64,000 bases of DNA from an uncultured bacterium (GTDB lineage: Bacteria; Acidobacteriota; HRBIN11; JAKEFK01), in contig CAVZQN010000003.1 in assembly GCA_963777505.1 (NCBI GenBank), positions 64,001-128,000 of the forward strand, read 5' to 3'. The position numbers were made by a program, and so were the translations under genes. Shown here piece after piece: positions 10,254 to 20,535 of this stretch. The notes beneath the pieces are model-generated. The model worked only from the letters and a program-made list of their open reading frames with translations, was not told the origin of the DNA and did no database searches. Positions within the stretch are counted from its first letter, which is position 1. Each line of letters starts with the position of its first letter.

Positions 10254-10694
10254 ATGATTAATGTTAGGGACATTCTTCAAGACAAAGGTAAAGAAATCTG
10301 GCGTGTTTCCCCTGAAACAAGTGTCTTTGATGCTTTGATGCTTATGGCTGAAAAAAACATCGGAGCTTTACTTGTATTGGAAGGAGAAAAGTTAGCCGGA
10401 ATTTTTTCAGAACGTGATTACGCGCGCAAAGTCATCCTCAAGGGAAAAGCTTCAAAAGAGACACTCGTAAAAGAGATCATGACATCTGTAGTCGTTACTG
10501 TTCGTTATGGTCAGACTGTTGAGGAATGCATGTCATTGATGACTCAGTACCGTATACGGCACCTTCCTGTAGTGGATGGCGACACATTGACTGGCGTAAT
10601 TTCGATCGGTGATGTTGTGAAAGCAATTATTTCCGATCAGGAGTTTACGATTAAGCAATTGGAAAATTACATCACTGGCGGTCCATCCGCGTAA
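10254..10694 (+). CDS. CBS-pair domain protein
   Basis: GIFSERDYARKV; IRHLPVVD...GVISIGDVVK. Confidence 0.92.
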   Translation: MINVRDILQDKGKEIWRVSPETSVFDALMLMAEKNIGALLVLEGEKLAGIFSERDYARKVILKGKASKETLVKEIMTSVVVTVRYGQTVEECMSLMTQYRIRHLPVVDGDTLTGVISIGDVVKAIISDQEFTIKQLENYITGGPSA

Positions 10695-10702
10695 AACGTA
10701 AA

Positions 10703-10734
10703 AATGGAATAATGGATTTTTGGATTGATGGATG
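10703..10734 (+). repeat. Short 8-mer tandem repeat
   Basis: AATGGAAT AATGGATT TTTGGATT GATGGATG. Confidence 0.5.
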
Positions 10735-10747
10735 TTGGAGATGATTT

Positions 10748-11203
10748 ATGGGTGAATATAAGTCAGTGGTTGTTTGGAATCGTAATGGTGCTGTTTTCAC
10801 TGACAATCGTTATAGCCGAGGCCACGTTTGGCAATTTGATGGCGGGATAGAAGTTCCTGCTTCATCTTCACCTCATGCAGTCCCGAAACCTTTGTCTGTT
10901 GCTGAAGCCGTCGATCCTGAAGAAGCATTTGTTGCATCCTTATCGAGTTGTCACATGCTAACATTTTTGTACATTGCCGCAAAAAGAGGATTTCTCGTGG
11001 AGAAATATCGCGATGAAGCAATTGGCGTCATGGCTAAAAATGCAGAAGGTAGACTCGCAATGACTAAGGTAACATTTCGTCCTCAGATTGAATTTGGTGG
11101 AAATAAATTGCCGAATAAAGAAGATATTGATGCGATGCACCATCAAGCACACGAAGAATGTTTCATAGCCAATTCTGTTAAAACGGAAGTTGTAGTGGCA
11201 TAG
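10748..11203 (+). CDS. OsmC/Ohr family peroxidase
   Basis: DPEEAFVASLSSCHML; AHEECFIANSVK. Confidence 0.92.
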   Translation: MGEYKSVVVWNRNGAVFTDNRYSRGHVWQFDGGIEVPASSSPHAVPKPLSVAEAVDPEEAFVASLSSCHMLTFLYIAAKRGFLVEKYRDEAIGVMAKNAEGRLAMTKVTFRPQIEFGGNKLPNKEDIDAMHHQAHEECFIANSVKTEVVVA

Positions 11204-11240
11204 TACTTGTAATTCATAAATTCTTGAGCAGGAGATCAAT

Positions 11241-11828
11241 ATGGCGGATTCCCGGTGGATGATAACAATCGATGGAAAGCAGCAGGATGGAGATTACAGC
11301 GCAGAAGAGGCGAAAGAAATACTTAAGAAGAATGCAGGTAAACATCTTCTAGTCTGGACGGTTGGGATGGCGCAATGGTCGGATCCTGCAACTGTTCCGG
11401 AATTCCGCAAAATGCCAGCCAAAGTGAGTGAAGCGGAAAAAGAGCCTCGTCCAAAAATCAGTTCAGATGAAATCAAAGAAAAAGCTGGATTGTTTAAAGG
11501 ATTGTTGGATTTCCGTTTTCAAAATCTCGTTGCAACGAAAATCATTCCTATTTTGTATATATTAACTTTCCTTTTGATACTTTTAGGCGGTCTGTTCTAT
11601 TTCTTTGTTTTTGGTGGAGCAGTAATCTTTGCAGGAATTAGAGCGCGGTCAATGTTGTCAATTTTTACAGGTTTTGCAGTTATGATTGCCACTCCACTTG
11701 TTATGATCCTCTATATTGCACTGGCGCGTGTTTGGTGTGAGTCAGTAATTGTCTTTTTCCGCCTTAAGGATGATGTTGCACAGCTTGCTGCGCGACCTTC
11801 ATCAACATCATCAAGTGAGAAGAAATAA
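11241..11828 (+). CDS. GYF_2-like domain plus DUF4282-like membrane protein
   Basis: LVWTVGMAQW..A..VPEF; LLDFRFQNLVATKIIPILY; two TM segments; RVWCESVIVFFR. Confidence 0.7.
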   Translation: MADSRWMITIDGKQQDGDYSAEEAKEILKKNAGKHLLVWTVGMAQWSDPATVPEFRKMPAKVSEAEKEPRPKISSDEIKEKAGLFKGLLDFRFQNLVATKIIPILYILTFLLILLGGLFYFFVFGGAVIFAGIRARSMLSIFTGFAVMIATPLVMILYIALARVWCESVIVFFRLKDDVAQLAARPSSTSSSEKK

Positions 11829-11834
11829 AATAAT

Positions 11835-12288
11835 ATGAAAGCGCGTACCGAAGATGTGAGTCAGTATTGATGGAATCATAAAAGCTTTCTACGAAATTGT
11901 TTCGGGGCCTGCAGGCGCCGCTCGAGATTGGGATCGTGAAAGAACCTTAAGCATAGAAGGCGTCCGTTTTGTACGTTTATCAGCAGGCGAAAAGAGAGAA
12001 GCTCCCAAGGTTACGATCATGAGTCTTGATGATTGGATTCAAGGGGCTGAACCAATTTTGCTGAAAGGCTTTTATGAATGGGAAATTCATCGAATTACGT
12101 ATGCATATGGAAATATTGCGCATGTATTGAGTACTTATGTATCGCGTGAGACAGAAAATGGGCCGATTATTGACCGCGGTGTGAATAGTATTCAGCTTTT
12201 TTTTGATGGGACTCGTTGGTGGATTGCAGGCGCAATTTGGCAACGGGAAACAAAAGATCTTCCTATTCCCTCAACTTTTCTACCATAG
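11835..12288 (+). pseudogene. NTF2-like protein with a one-base frameshift near 11862 (possibly an assembly error)
   Basis: Removing one base joins MKARTEDVS to SIDGIIKAFYEIVSGPAGAARDWDR and on to ORF 12019-12288 (RGVNSIQLFFDGTRWWI). Confidence 0.7.
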
Positions 12289-12389
12289 CGTCTTTGCAGT
12301 TAAAAGAAAAAGGAATAGCGCCAGAAATTCGCATTCGCGAATTCACTGGCGCTATATTTGCCTCGAACGAAGGAGGCGTACAATGCCGA

Positions 12390-12776
12390 TTATTCTTTTT
12401 CGTTCGGATCTTTTGTTTTGTCGCCCGATTTGATTTTGATCTTAGTCGCAAGGTTCGCGGCGTCAGCTTCTATTCCAACTCTGTCGCCGGCTTTCAGGGT
12501 TTCAAATTGAATTGACTTGTCGTCCATTGACCTGAAAGATGTTTTGTCATCATATGTGAAAACCCTGACTTCACCCGATTTATCCAATTTCACAGAAATT
12601 GTTTTTGCAAGGGGATCAACTTTATCAATCGTTCCGACCATCTTACTGTTTTTGCTCATATCCGCTGTATCTGAGCTTGTGCTAGGTGGCTCAGTCGGCG
12701 TGGAAGTTTGTGCGCTAACTGCCAGAATGGCCACAAAAAGCCCTAAAAACGCGAACAAAGCAATTTTCTTATTCAT
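12390..12776 (-). CDS. Secreted OB-fold-like small protein
   Basis: Signal peptide ending VSA; Ser/Thr linker; GTIDKVD...LKAGDRVGIE pattern; GGAGGTG SD. Confidence 0.7.
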   Translation of the reverse strand: MNKKIALFAFLGLFVAILAVSAQTSTPTEPPSTSSDTADMSKNSKMVGTIDKVDPLAKTISVKLDKSGEVRVFTYDDKTSFRSMDDKSIQFETLKAGDRVGIEADAANLATKIKIKSGDKTKDPNEKE

Positions 12777-12979
12777 TCATTCACCTCCGGAACTTGGGAG
12801 TACCCACGAGAAACTGGTACTCTGTTTTTTGTGAAATTTTTTGATCTAACTTCTAAAACTAAGCCTCAATGCAGTAGTTGCAAGTTTTTCAACCTTGAAA
12901 AAAATAAAAAAAAATTATTGGCGATTTGTGGCATCGCCATAAACTTTCGACTAGAATTTGAAGCACTGAGGAAAACGAA

Positions 12980-13378
12980 ATGAGAAAAATTCAGCTATTT
13001 GCAGTGATTCTGCTTTGTGTGGCCGTATTTGTGACTTTTGCCTGCAAAAATCGTAACGAAGAAGTCATTAATGGCGTAATTTATGCCAAAAATGCTTTAA
13101 CTTCAGTTGGCGCCAATCCGCTTGTTCAGGCTGGATATCAGGGTGTTATTGCACGTGGAGGCACACCTGTTGATTACATTAAATCGACATTACCGAAAGA
13201 AAATCCAGTTTTTGATAGCTGGGAATTTGGAAAAGAGCCTTCAAAACCCTGGACGATTGTTATTCGGCCAGGAAGCACTCCAAATGAGTTTTACATTGAA
13301 GGGTATGGCGCTGATAAAAAGAAGCCGCTCAGAGTGGAACACGTAGTCGTTAATGTTCCGCTACCAGAAGAAGAATAA
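12980..13378 (+). CDS. Hypothetical lipoprotein
   Basis: GAGG SD; lipobox TFA-C. Confidence 0.7.
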   Translation: MRKIQLFAVILLCVAVFVTFACKNRNEEVINGVIYAKNALTSVGANPLVQAGYQGVIARGGTPVDYIKSTLPKENPVFDSWEFGKEPSKPWTIVIRPGSTPNEFYIEGYGADKKKPLRVEHVVVNVPLPEEE

Positions 13379-13380
13379 AA

Positions 13381-13403
13381 AATTACCACAAAGACGCAGA
13401 GAA
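13381..13403 (+). repeat. Family A dispersed repeat, single arm
   Basis: AATTACCACAAAGACGCAGAGAA between convergent stops. Confidence 0.65.
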
Positions 13404-13406
13404 GGT

Positions 13407-14729
13407 TTACGCTAGCTCTCTAATTGCGCGAAGCGTAGTTTCAATTTCCGCTTCATTGTTGACAAGGCTTGGCGCCAACCTCGCATAGGCTGCACCATAA
13501 GGTGTAACGCTTGCGATAATTTTTTTGCCCAACAATTTTTCAACGACCTGTTCTGGTTCCATCCCGTTTACATCAAAACAAACAAGTCCCGATGACAACT
13601 TTGCGCTGCGAGGCGTGTGAAGGTCAACATGTTTCATTTGTGCTAACCCATCTTTGCAGACTGTATTTAATTCATGAATGCGATCCATCACACGTTTTTT
13701 CCCAATTTGCATATGGAAACGGAATGCATCAGCAATGGCCCACTGATGTTCATATGCCTGAAATCCTCCAGGGGTTATCCACGAAGCTTGCGTACTTCCT
13801 TTTGGTACTTCGTTATCCATCCATGCGCCATACAGGTCATTGTTATCGAAAGTTGGAATCGTTGGCGTGATTTCATTCCATGCGCTTTTTTTACCCCAAA
13901 TGATTCCAGTCCCTCTTGGACCGAATACCCATTTATGAGTGCCTGCAACAAGAAAATCACAACCTAATTGTTGAACTGTGGTGTCTTCAACACCTAATCC
14001 ATGAACGCCATCGACTACAAACAAAATCCGGTCAGCTGTTTCACGATTTTGATTCAATTCTTGAATGACCTCGCTGATTTTGCTGATCGGAAGCTTTAAT
14101 CCACTGGATGAATGTACCCATGTGACACCAACGGCGCGAGTCTCAGGCGTAATCGATTTGCGGATTCGCTGAATGATATCTTCCTCTGAAATTGTGTCAA
14201 ACCTTTCAAAGAGTGGAATCTTGCGAAATGTTGCGCCATTTTTTTCAACAGCCCATCGGATCGATTCATGATGTGAATAGTGATCATGATTGGTTGTAAG
14301 GATCTCCTGACCCTTTCGAATTTTCATTCCGTTGTATACAAGTGCTAACCCTACTGTCGTGCTCGTTGTCAATGCAATTTCATCGGGCGAAGCTCCTAAG
14401 TATTCTGCCGCTGCTTTTTTTACCTGCAGCGGACGATTATCTCCATCTGGCCCAAACAATCCATGTTCAACAACAAGAAAAGGATTGTCATCAATTTCGC
14501 GGCGGTATCTTTCAATTGCGTCACGAACCGGTTTTGGATGCGAAGCAATAAAAAATGATGCAAGGTGAATATAGCTGCGATTTAAAGTAAATGAATCGCG
14601 TATCTCCTCATAACTGCCCTGTACGGCTGCTGTGTTTTGAGCTGATTCTTCTTTTGCATTTAGATGAATCGCTGCCGCAGCTATGGACAGTCCTGTTGAT
14701 GTAATAAAACCTCGTCTGGAGATTTTCAT
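13407..14729 (-). CDS. Tat-exported class V PLP-dependent enzyme (PvdN / isopenicillin N epimerase-like)
   Basis: SRRGFI Tat motif; VDGVHGLG; GTHKWVFGPRGTG PLP-lysine motif. Confidence 0.88.
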   Translation of the reverse strand: MKISRRGFITSTGLSIAAAAIHLNAKEESAQNTAAVQGSYEEIRDSFTLNRSYIHLASFFIASHPKPVRDAIERYRREIDDNPFLVVEHGLFGPDGDNRPLQVKKAAAEYLGASPDEIALTTSTTVGLALVYNGMKIRKGQEILTTNHDHYSHHESIRWAVEKNGATFRKIPLFERFDTISEEDIIQRIRKSITPETRAVGVTWVHSSSGLKLPISKISEVIQELNQNRETADRILFVVDGVHGLGVEDTTVQQLGCDFLVAGTHKWVFGPRGTGIIWGKKSAWNEITPTIPTFDNNDLYGAWMDNEVPKGSTQASWITPGGFQAYEHQWAIADAFRFHMQIGKKRVMDRIHELNTVCKDGLAQMKHVDLHTPRSAKLSSGLVCFDVNGMEPEQVVEKLLGKKIIASVTPYGAAYARLAPSLVNNEAEIETTLRAIRELA

Positions 14730-14806
14730 AAGCTCCTCCTGGAAATAATGAAATTATACGTCAACCTTTCGATCTTCCATCTCGTCTAATGTACAGTGAG
14801 CAGATC

Positions 14807-15097
14807 ATGAAAGACTATCCGAAAAACAAAAAGCAAATGATGCTCTTCTCTATCCTGATGCTTATGTTTGTCACCACGGTCATGATAAAAGTTGCCGCCG
14901 CCCAACAGGAACAAATCGATTTCACGAAGGCGATTTTTGCGAAAAGGAATGTTTTGATCGTGAAAATTCAGCAAAATCTGGTTCAAATTTTGTTACAGAA
15001 TGCAGCCTCCAGATTTCAAGATTCGGATTCAAAACAGACTCTGATCGGACATGGGCGTCCTGCCGTCAGGTTGACACGACAAGCAACGGTTCAATAG
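14807..15097 (+). CDS. Hypothetical protein with signal peptide (start uncertain)
   Basis: Basic N-terminus, hydrophobic stretch and AAA cleavage-like site; fills the gap between two genes. Confidence 0.4.
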   Translation: MKDYPKNKKQMMLFSILMLMFVTTVMIKVAAAQQEQIDFTKAIFAKRNVLIVKIQQNLVQILLQNAASRFQDSDSKQTLIGHGRPAVRLTRQATVQ

Positions 15098-15210
15098 AAT
15101 CCTACAAAGATCGGAAACGAGCTTCCAAAAACACACCCGATTTCTAAATAAGATAGATGGAATTTTCATTCCTAAGAAGTATATTGAACCTCAGCACAAG
15201 GAGGCTGAAT

Positions 15211-15735
15211 ATGAAAAAAAGTATCTTCTTTGTTTTTGCCTGTACTCTGTTGTTCTCGTACGCACTTTTTGCGGAAGATGTTGTGATCTCGATGAATTTA
15301 ATCAGTCCAGAGGGGACTGGTAAAGCGATTGGTAAAATCACAGCAACCGATAGCAAAGACGGACTCGTTTTGAAGCCGGAGTTAAATAGTCTGCCTCCAG
15401 GAGTGCACGGATTTCATGTACACGAAAATGCAACTTGTGATCCTGCTGATAAAGATGGAAAAATGACCGCTGGACAAGCCGCAGGTGGACATTTTGATCC
15501 AAAGAAAACGGGGAAGCATCTGGGCCCAAATGGCGATGGACATTTAGGCGATCTTCCGCCAATTGAAATTGCTGCTGATGGGACAGCGACCAAGGCAGTA
15601 GTTGCTCCACGTTTGAAAGCCGCTGATTTGAAAGGGCATGCAATTATGATTCACGTACACGGTGATAATTTTATGGACACTCCTGAACCGCTCGGCGGTG
15701 GTGGTGGTAGATTGGCCTGCGGTGTAGCAAAATAA
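15211..15735 (+). CDS. sodC: Periplasmic Cu/Zn superoxide dismutase
   Basis: HGFHVH, AGGHFDP, GHLGDLP, HVHGDN and RLACG motifs; AGGAGG SD; signal peptide. Confidence 0.96.
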   Translation: MKKSIFFVFACTLLFSYALFAEDVVISMNLISPEGTGKAIGKITATDSKDGLVLKPELNSLPPGVHGFHVHENATCDPADKDGKMTAGQAAGGHFDPKKTGKHLGPNGDGHLGDLPPIEIAADGTATKAVVAPRLKAADLKGHAIMIHVHGDNFMDTPEPLGGGGGRLACGVAK

Positions 15736-15740
15736 GTTTT

Positions 15741-15760
15741 TTCACCGCAAAGGCGCTAAG
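15741..15760 (+). repeat. Family A dispersed repeat, single arm
   Basis: TTCACCGCAAAGGCGCTAAG between the convergent sodC and pyrB stops. Confidence 0.6.
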
Positions 15761-15763
15761 TTT

Positions 15764-16765
15764 TTACGCCTTGCCAAGGACCATGGCAAGAAGTGCCATT
15801 CTTACGTATAAGCCGTATTCCATCTGGCGGAAATAGGCAGCACGCGGATCACGATCAAGGTCCATCGAAATTTCCGTCACGCGTGGAAGCGGATGCATAA
15901 TCACCATTTCCTGTTTGGCTCGCTTCATTATTTCCGGATTAATGACATATGCATCTTTTACAGATTCATATTCTTCAGGATTTTCAAAACGTTCACGTTG
16001 TACGCGCGTAACATACAAGACATCCGTTTGAGGCAAGACTTCATTTAAGTCCGAATATTCTTTTTGCTCTATACCGGTGGCTTTCAATTCTTCAATTAAA
16101 GGTTTTGGCATTCGTAAAATTTCTGGTGAAACATAATTGAGTTTTGCGCCATATAAACGTAAAAGTTTGGATAGAGAATGAACAGTGCGTCCGTATTTCA
16201 AATCACCCAGCATCGTTACAGTGAGCCCTTCGAGGCGTCCCAGTTCCTCCTGAATCGTAAATAAGTCCAGTAAGGCTTGAGTCGGATGTTCTCCGGTGCC
16301 ATCTCCCGCATTGATTAATGGCTTACGAAGATAACTTGCCGCTGTTTTGGCCGCTCCGGTTTCCGGATGGCGTAAAACAATTACATCGCAGTAGCATTCA
16401 AGTGTTCGAACTGTATCCGCAAGTGATTCACCTTTTGCTACTGAAGAATATCGAACTTCGCTGATAGGGATAACGCTTCCACCGAGACGTTCCATTGCAG
16501 CAGTAAATGATGATGAGGTTCGTGTTGATGGTTCATAAAAAACATTAGCAAGAATTTTCCCTTTCAATAAATCAAATGTCCCGACACGTTCAACCATCGA
16601 GCGCATTTCATGTGCGACCGCAAAAATATATTCAAGGTCTAAGCGCGTAAACTGTGCAGTAGCTAAAATGTGTTGTCCATAAAAACGTTCATCCCCGCGT
16701 TCACCAAGCGGCAATTTGACGCCCGCCGGTGTTCTATTTCCTGTTGTCTGTGATCGTGTACTCAC
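15764..16765 (-). CDS. pyrB: Aspartate carbamoyltransferase catalytic subunit
   Basis: [33 protein letters not shown] and HPLPR motifs. Confidence 0.97.
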   Translation of the reverse strand: MSTRSQTTGNRTPAGVKLPLGERGDERFYGQHILATAQFTRLDLEYIFAVAHEMRSMVERVGTFDLLKGKILANVFYEPSTRTSSSFTAAMERLGGSVIPISEVRYSSVAKGESLADTVRTLECYCDVIVLRHPETGAAKTAASYLRKPLINAGDGTGEHPTQALLDLFTIQEELGRLEGLTVTMLGDLKYGRTVHSLSKLLRLYGAKLNYVSPEILRMPKPLIEELKATGIEQKEYSDLNEVLPQTDVLYVTRVQRERFENPEEYESVKDAYVINPEIMKRAKQEMVIMHPLPRVTEISMDLDRDPRAAYFRQMEYGLYVRMALLAMVLGKA

Positions 16766-16787
16766 TGTTAATTCTCCTGTTCTTTAT

Positions 16788-16828
16788 TGAACCACAAAGG
16801 CGCAGAGATTTACATTCGAGGCACAGAG
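16788..16828 (+). repeat. Family A dispersed repeat
   Basis: TGAACCACAAAGGCGCAGAG...AGGCACAGAG. Confidence 0.65.
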
Positions 16829-16837
16829 TTTTTTGTA

Positions 16838-18301
16838 TCACAAAGGCGCCGAGTTTTTAACAGGCAAAATGCTGGCCTGACGCAAACGCCATCGATCTAC
16901 ATAATGATTTTGCGACGGAAGCGGATCCAGAATAATTGTGATTTTCCAAACTTCTTTCCTTGGATAGGCCTTTAGAATCTCTTGCCGTTTTTCAGGTAGA
17001 TCCCGAATAAAAACACGATCTCCGTTCGATGGATTCAAATTGTTAAAAAACATAAATGTCCTGAGAGTGTATGGATCACCAGCAAGTAGAATCAATGCGC
17101 TCTTTCCTACAGGCGCCTCATCCAACATCTGAACAAAACGGCTGCTTTGCCCGTGATAAGTCATAAAGTGGTCGCTTAATTGCTGCGGCAAAGCGCGAAA
17201 AGGGAGTCCAAGGATAGGCAAAATGATCAGCAATCGAATTGCGCGATTTCGAATTAGATCCAACAAGAATTTCAATGACCCCGCAGCAAGAACACACAAA
17301 AATCCAATCATTTCAAAAGCATATCGAGGGCCCGAATAAACGATGTCTCTATAAGAGAAGAATGAATATTCAAATATCAGAGTGAAGGAACATGCAATTA
17401 AGATCCAATGGAATTGAGTTTTCGGTTTAAAAAAAATGAAAGGAATCAAAATCAATAGATCGGGCCATGGCCATCGCCACACTGATCCACTTAACGTTCG
17501 AATGTACCAGGAAAAATTATCAAAAAAGAATCTGCCGGAGAATGTAATCGGCTGCCATGAAGAGTCTTTCGGATATCCTGCAAGAAGTGGATCGCCAAAA
17601 GCATAGGAGTTGTATGCGAGAAATAGAATAACAAATGGTATACCTCCTAAAACAGACCACAGAGTTTGCTTTGGAGTTCGTATCGCACTCCATAAGAACG
17701 CAGGGAATAAAAAAATACTGCTGAAAGGGCGAATTAAGAATAAGATTCCCGCCAGTATACCTGCGAGGAAATAATTTTTGATTTTTCCGGATTGAAATGC
17801 TGCAAACAATTCTGCAACACACCAGATTGCGGCACACATTGCTGACGTATGCGCCATCTGCCCGCTACCCATCAGCAGGACAAAAGGCGATACACAGAAG
17901 AGCGCACTTGCAAGCCATGCAACTTCCTTGTCAAAAACGGTTTTGGCAATTCGCCACACTCCAATTGTTGCAATAAAAGTAATGATCGGATTGATGATCC
18001 AGGGGTTTCCAAATAACCAACCGATTGAAAGTAAGATCGGCCATCCAGGTGGATACATCGAATGCCATCGGGACTCCGTCATCAAAATGTGATCCACCTT
18101 AAAGCCTGAATGAACCGGAGGTGGAAGTACCCACAAATTACCGGACGCCAAGATTCGTCCTTGAAATACATAAGACGTTTCATCGGGAATATGAGTGATA
18201 AAGCCGAGTACATGCCGGCAAATCAAAAATGAAAGTACACCCGCTGATACAGCAAAGGCGAGAGCAACTAAATCAAAACGGCGATTTATTTTTTCTGGCA
18301 A
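16838..18301 (-). CDS. GT-C fold membrane glycosyltransferase-like protein
   Basis: IPDETSY; YPPGWP; LIRP; GPRY; about 11-12 hydrophobic segments. Confidence 0.75.
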   Translation of the reverse strand: MPEKINRRFDLVALAFAVSAGVLSFLICRHVLGFITHIPDETSYVFQGRILASGNLWVLPPPVHSGFKVDHILMTESRWHSMYPPGWPILLSIGWLFGNPWIINPIITFIATIGVWRIAKTVFDKEVAWLASALFCVSPFVLLMGSGQMAHTSAMCAAIWCVAELFAAFQSGKIKNYFLAGILAGILFLIRPFSSIFLFPAFLWSAIRTPKQTLWSVLGGIPFVILFLAYNSYAFGDPLLAGYPKDSSWQPITFSGRFFFDNFSWYIRTLSGSVWRWPWPDLLILIPFIFFKPKTQFHWILIACSFTLIFEYSFFSYRDIVYSGPRYAFEMIGFLCVLAAGSLKFLLDLIRNRAIRLLIILPILGLPFRALPQQLSDHFMTYHGQSSRFVQMLDEAPVGKSALILLAGDPYTLRTFMFFNNLNPSNGDRVFIRDLPEKRQEILKAYPRKEVWKITIILDPLPSQNHYVDRWRLRQASILPVKNSAPL

Positions 18302-18304
18302 GAA

Positions 18305-18850
18305 TTAGATGGCCTGAGATTTCGAAACAAGTTTATCGCGGAATACTTCTTCAAGTTTTTTCATCTTTGGACGAATAATGTAAGTACAATAAGGCTGATT
18401 CGGATTGTTGTTGTAAAAATTTTGATGATATGGCTCGGCCGGATAGAAATTCGTGAAAGGAGTTATCTCTGTCACGATCGGACGATCCCAAATTTTTGCA
18501 GCATCCAGTTTCTTTTTGTACGCTTCTGCAAGCTTGCCTTGCTCCTCTGTATGATAAAAAACAGCGGAGCGGTATTGCGTTCCATGATCATTCCCTTGCT
18601 GGTTCAGGGTTGTAGGATCATGAGTCTTCCAAAATACTTCCAACAGCTCATCGTATGAAACCAGCGAAGGATCATAGGTGACCTGAATGGCCTCCGCATG
18701 ACCGGTTTCGCCACCACAGACTTCCTGATACGTAGGATTTTCTACAAAACCTCCTGCATATCCGGATACAACACTTTCTACCCCTTTCAACCTTTGAAAG
18801 ACGGCTTCAGTGCACCAAAAACATCCTGAACCGAAAGTCGCTTTTTCCAT
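18305..18850 (-). CDS. msrA: Peptide methionine sulfoxide reductase A (cytoplasmic)
   Basis: GCFWC; TGHAE; HDPT; AEPYHQ. Confidence 0.97.
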   Translation of the reverse strand: MEKATFGSGCFWCTEAVFQRLKGVESVVSGYAGGFVENPTYQEVCGGETGHAEAIQVTYDPSLVSYDELLEVFWKTHDPTTLNQQGNDHGTQYRSAVFYHTEEQGKLAEAYKKKLDAAKIWDRPIVTEITPFTNFYPAEPYHQNFYNNNPNQPYCTYIIRPKMKKLEEVFRDKLVSKSQAI

Positions 18851-18854
18851 AGTT

Positions 18855-18893
18855 CACTCATCACTCGTTGCTCAGCACTCGTTGCTCAGCACT
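18855..18893. repeat. Heptamer-period tandem repeat
   Basis: CACTCAT CACTCGT TGCTCAG CACTCGT TGCTCAG CACT fills the intergenic gap. Confidence 0.7.
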
Positions 18894-18894
18894 A

Positions 18895-19506
18895 TTATTG
18901 TTGTGCTGTTGCTCCTGCTCCAGCTGCTTTTACTTCTTTAAACGATTTTACAACGTTGTCCAATGCATACTTGTTTTGTTTGAACTTTGCCTGTGGACTC
19001 CACGCTAAAATTTCATGGAAGTAATATGGTGATTCCACGGTTGTATGCAGATAGCTGATTTTGCTATTGCCCGAAGTCGTTCCACGAATCTCATGTTGGA
19101 TTGCGTTGTTCCCATCTAATGTTAATTGAACTGATGGCTGAGCTTTCGAAACAGCCAGCGTTTTCAGGAGATTGTTGCCAGTTGTTTTCGCATACTCATC
19201 AAGTGTGAGACCTGGATACATATCTTTCTTTTCTGTGAAAACAACTATATACATTTCTTTAAAAGGATTCGATGCTTGAAGCTGAGCCTTTTTGTGCAAC
19301 CCTTTCGTGCTTTCCCAACCACCTACAGCTGTAATTTGCGAAATTCCATCGGTACTGGTAATAACTTTTCCACCAGGATCGGGATTTTCTGCAGCTGTTT
19401 GCGCTTCCTCAGCAGGCGCTACTTCCGCTTGCTCTTCTTTTTTTGAACACCCCGCAGCAATTACGAAGATCAGTAGAACTAAAAAAGGTAGAAATTGCTT
19501 TCTCAT
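18895..19506 (-). CDS. Lipoprotein, possibly PsbP/Mog1-like fold
   Basis: Lipobox AAG-C; GGAG SD; fold assignment is inferred. Confidence 0.7.
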   Translation of the reverse strand: MRKQFLPFLVLLIFVIAAGCSKKEEQAEVAPAEEAQTAAENPDPGGKVITSTDGISQITAVGGWESTKGLHKKAQLQASNPFKEMYIVVFTEKKDMYPGLTLDEYAKTTGNNLLKTLAVSKAQPSVQLTLDGNNAIQHEIRGTTSGNSKISYLHTTVESPYYFHEILAWSPQAKFKQNKYALDNVVKSFKEVKAAGAGATAQQ

Positions 19507-19560
19507 ACACACTCCATTTGCTTCTCTTATTTTATTCCAACTGGAGTGTTCAAAAAAGAT

Positions 19561-20445
19561 CTATACGCTCTTGTATGCGGGCGCAAAGACCTCGGTAGCG
19601 AACTCTTCCAATGTGGTTGGACTTGTATTTTCAGGAGTCCGTTTCTCAGCCTGAATGGTACCATCATTAAAAGCACGATACATTTCGATATAAAGGTCAG
19701 CCATTTCCGTTGAAAGTCCGGATTGGATCATGCCATTTCTTCCATCTTCATAGCTAAATTGAATGTACTGTAGATCAGGTTTGCCTATCGCATTGCCTAA
19801 AACCTTAGCAACTTCTGCGTGCGTATAATCTCTTGGGCCAAGAAGATCAGCCCATGACTTTCCGCTAAAATCCAGACGATCGAGACGGTCCGCTGCATAT
19901 GTTCCTATGTCCTTTGTAGCAATCATTGGCATAGCCAAATCCGGATGGGCTGGCGAACCCAGAATATTCATTTCGCGAATCATTGGAATGTTTGACAAAA
20001 AGTTTTCCATAAAAAATGTAGGCCTTAGATGCAAAACGTTTGCATCTAACTGATTCAAGCGTTGTTCTTGATTGTGCAGGCCAACAATCGGCCCTGTACC
20101 GGATGACAAATGTGCGCCTATACTACTCAAGAACACAACATTACGAACATTTGCTTGTTTTAGGGCCTCTGTAATCGTTTCGCCAGCTTTGTTCATAAAT
20201 GCTATGACGGATTTTGCCTGAACATCCGGTGGAATCAAGGTATAGACTGCTGAAGCACCCTGAAATGCTTCCGACAAGAATTTCTGATCTTCCACTGAGC
20301 CGGGAGCAATTTCAGCTCCCAGATGTGTAAGAGCGTTTAATTTATTCTTGTTTCTTGCGACGGCGCGTACTTTTTTGCTGCGGTGTAACAAAATCGTCGC
20401 GATTCTGCTTCCAGTATTTCCAGTTGCACCTGTTATTACGTACAT
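19561..20445 (-). CDS. NmrA-like NAD(P)-binding protein
   Basis: ITGATGNTG; LSSIGA; LRPTFFMEN. Confidence 0.9.
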   Translation of the reverse strand: MYVITGATGNTGSRIATILLHRSKKVRAVARNKNKLNALTHLGAEIAPGSVEDQKFLSEAFQGASAVYTLIPPDVQAKSVIAFMNKAGETITEALKQANVRNVVFLSSIGAHLSSGTGPIVGLHNQEQRLNQLDANVLHLRPTFFMENFLSNIPMIREMNILGSPAHPDLAMPMIATKDIGTYAADRLDRLDFSGKSWADLLGPRDYTHAEVAKVLGNAIGKPDLQYIQFSYEDGRNGMIQSGLSTEMADLYIEMYRAFNDGTIQAEKRTPENTSPTTLEEFATEVFAPAYKSV

Positions 20446-20535
20446 GATGAACCTCCGTTGTAAGTTTAAATACTAGAGATAATGCTAAGCAATTTCATAC
20501 AATAGTTTTAGTTTGCAAACAGCAGAATAGACACT

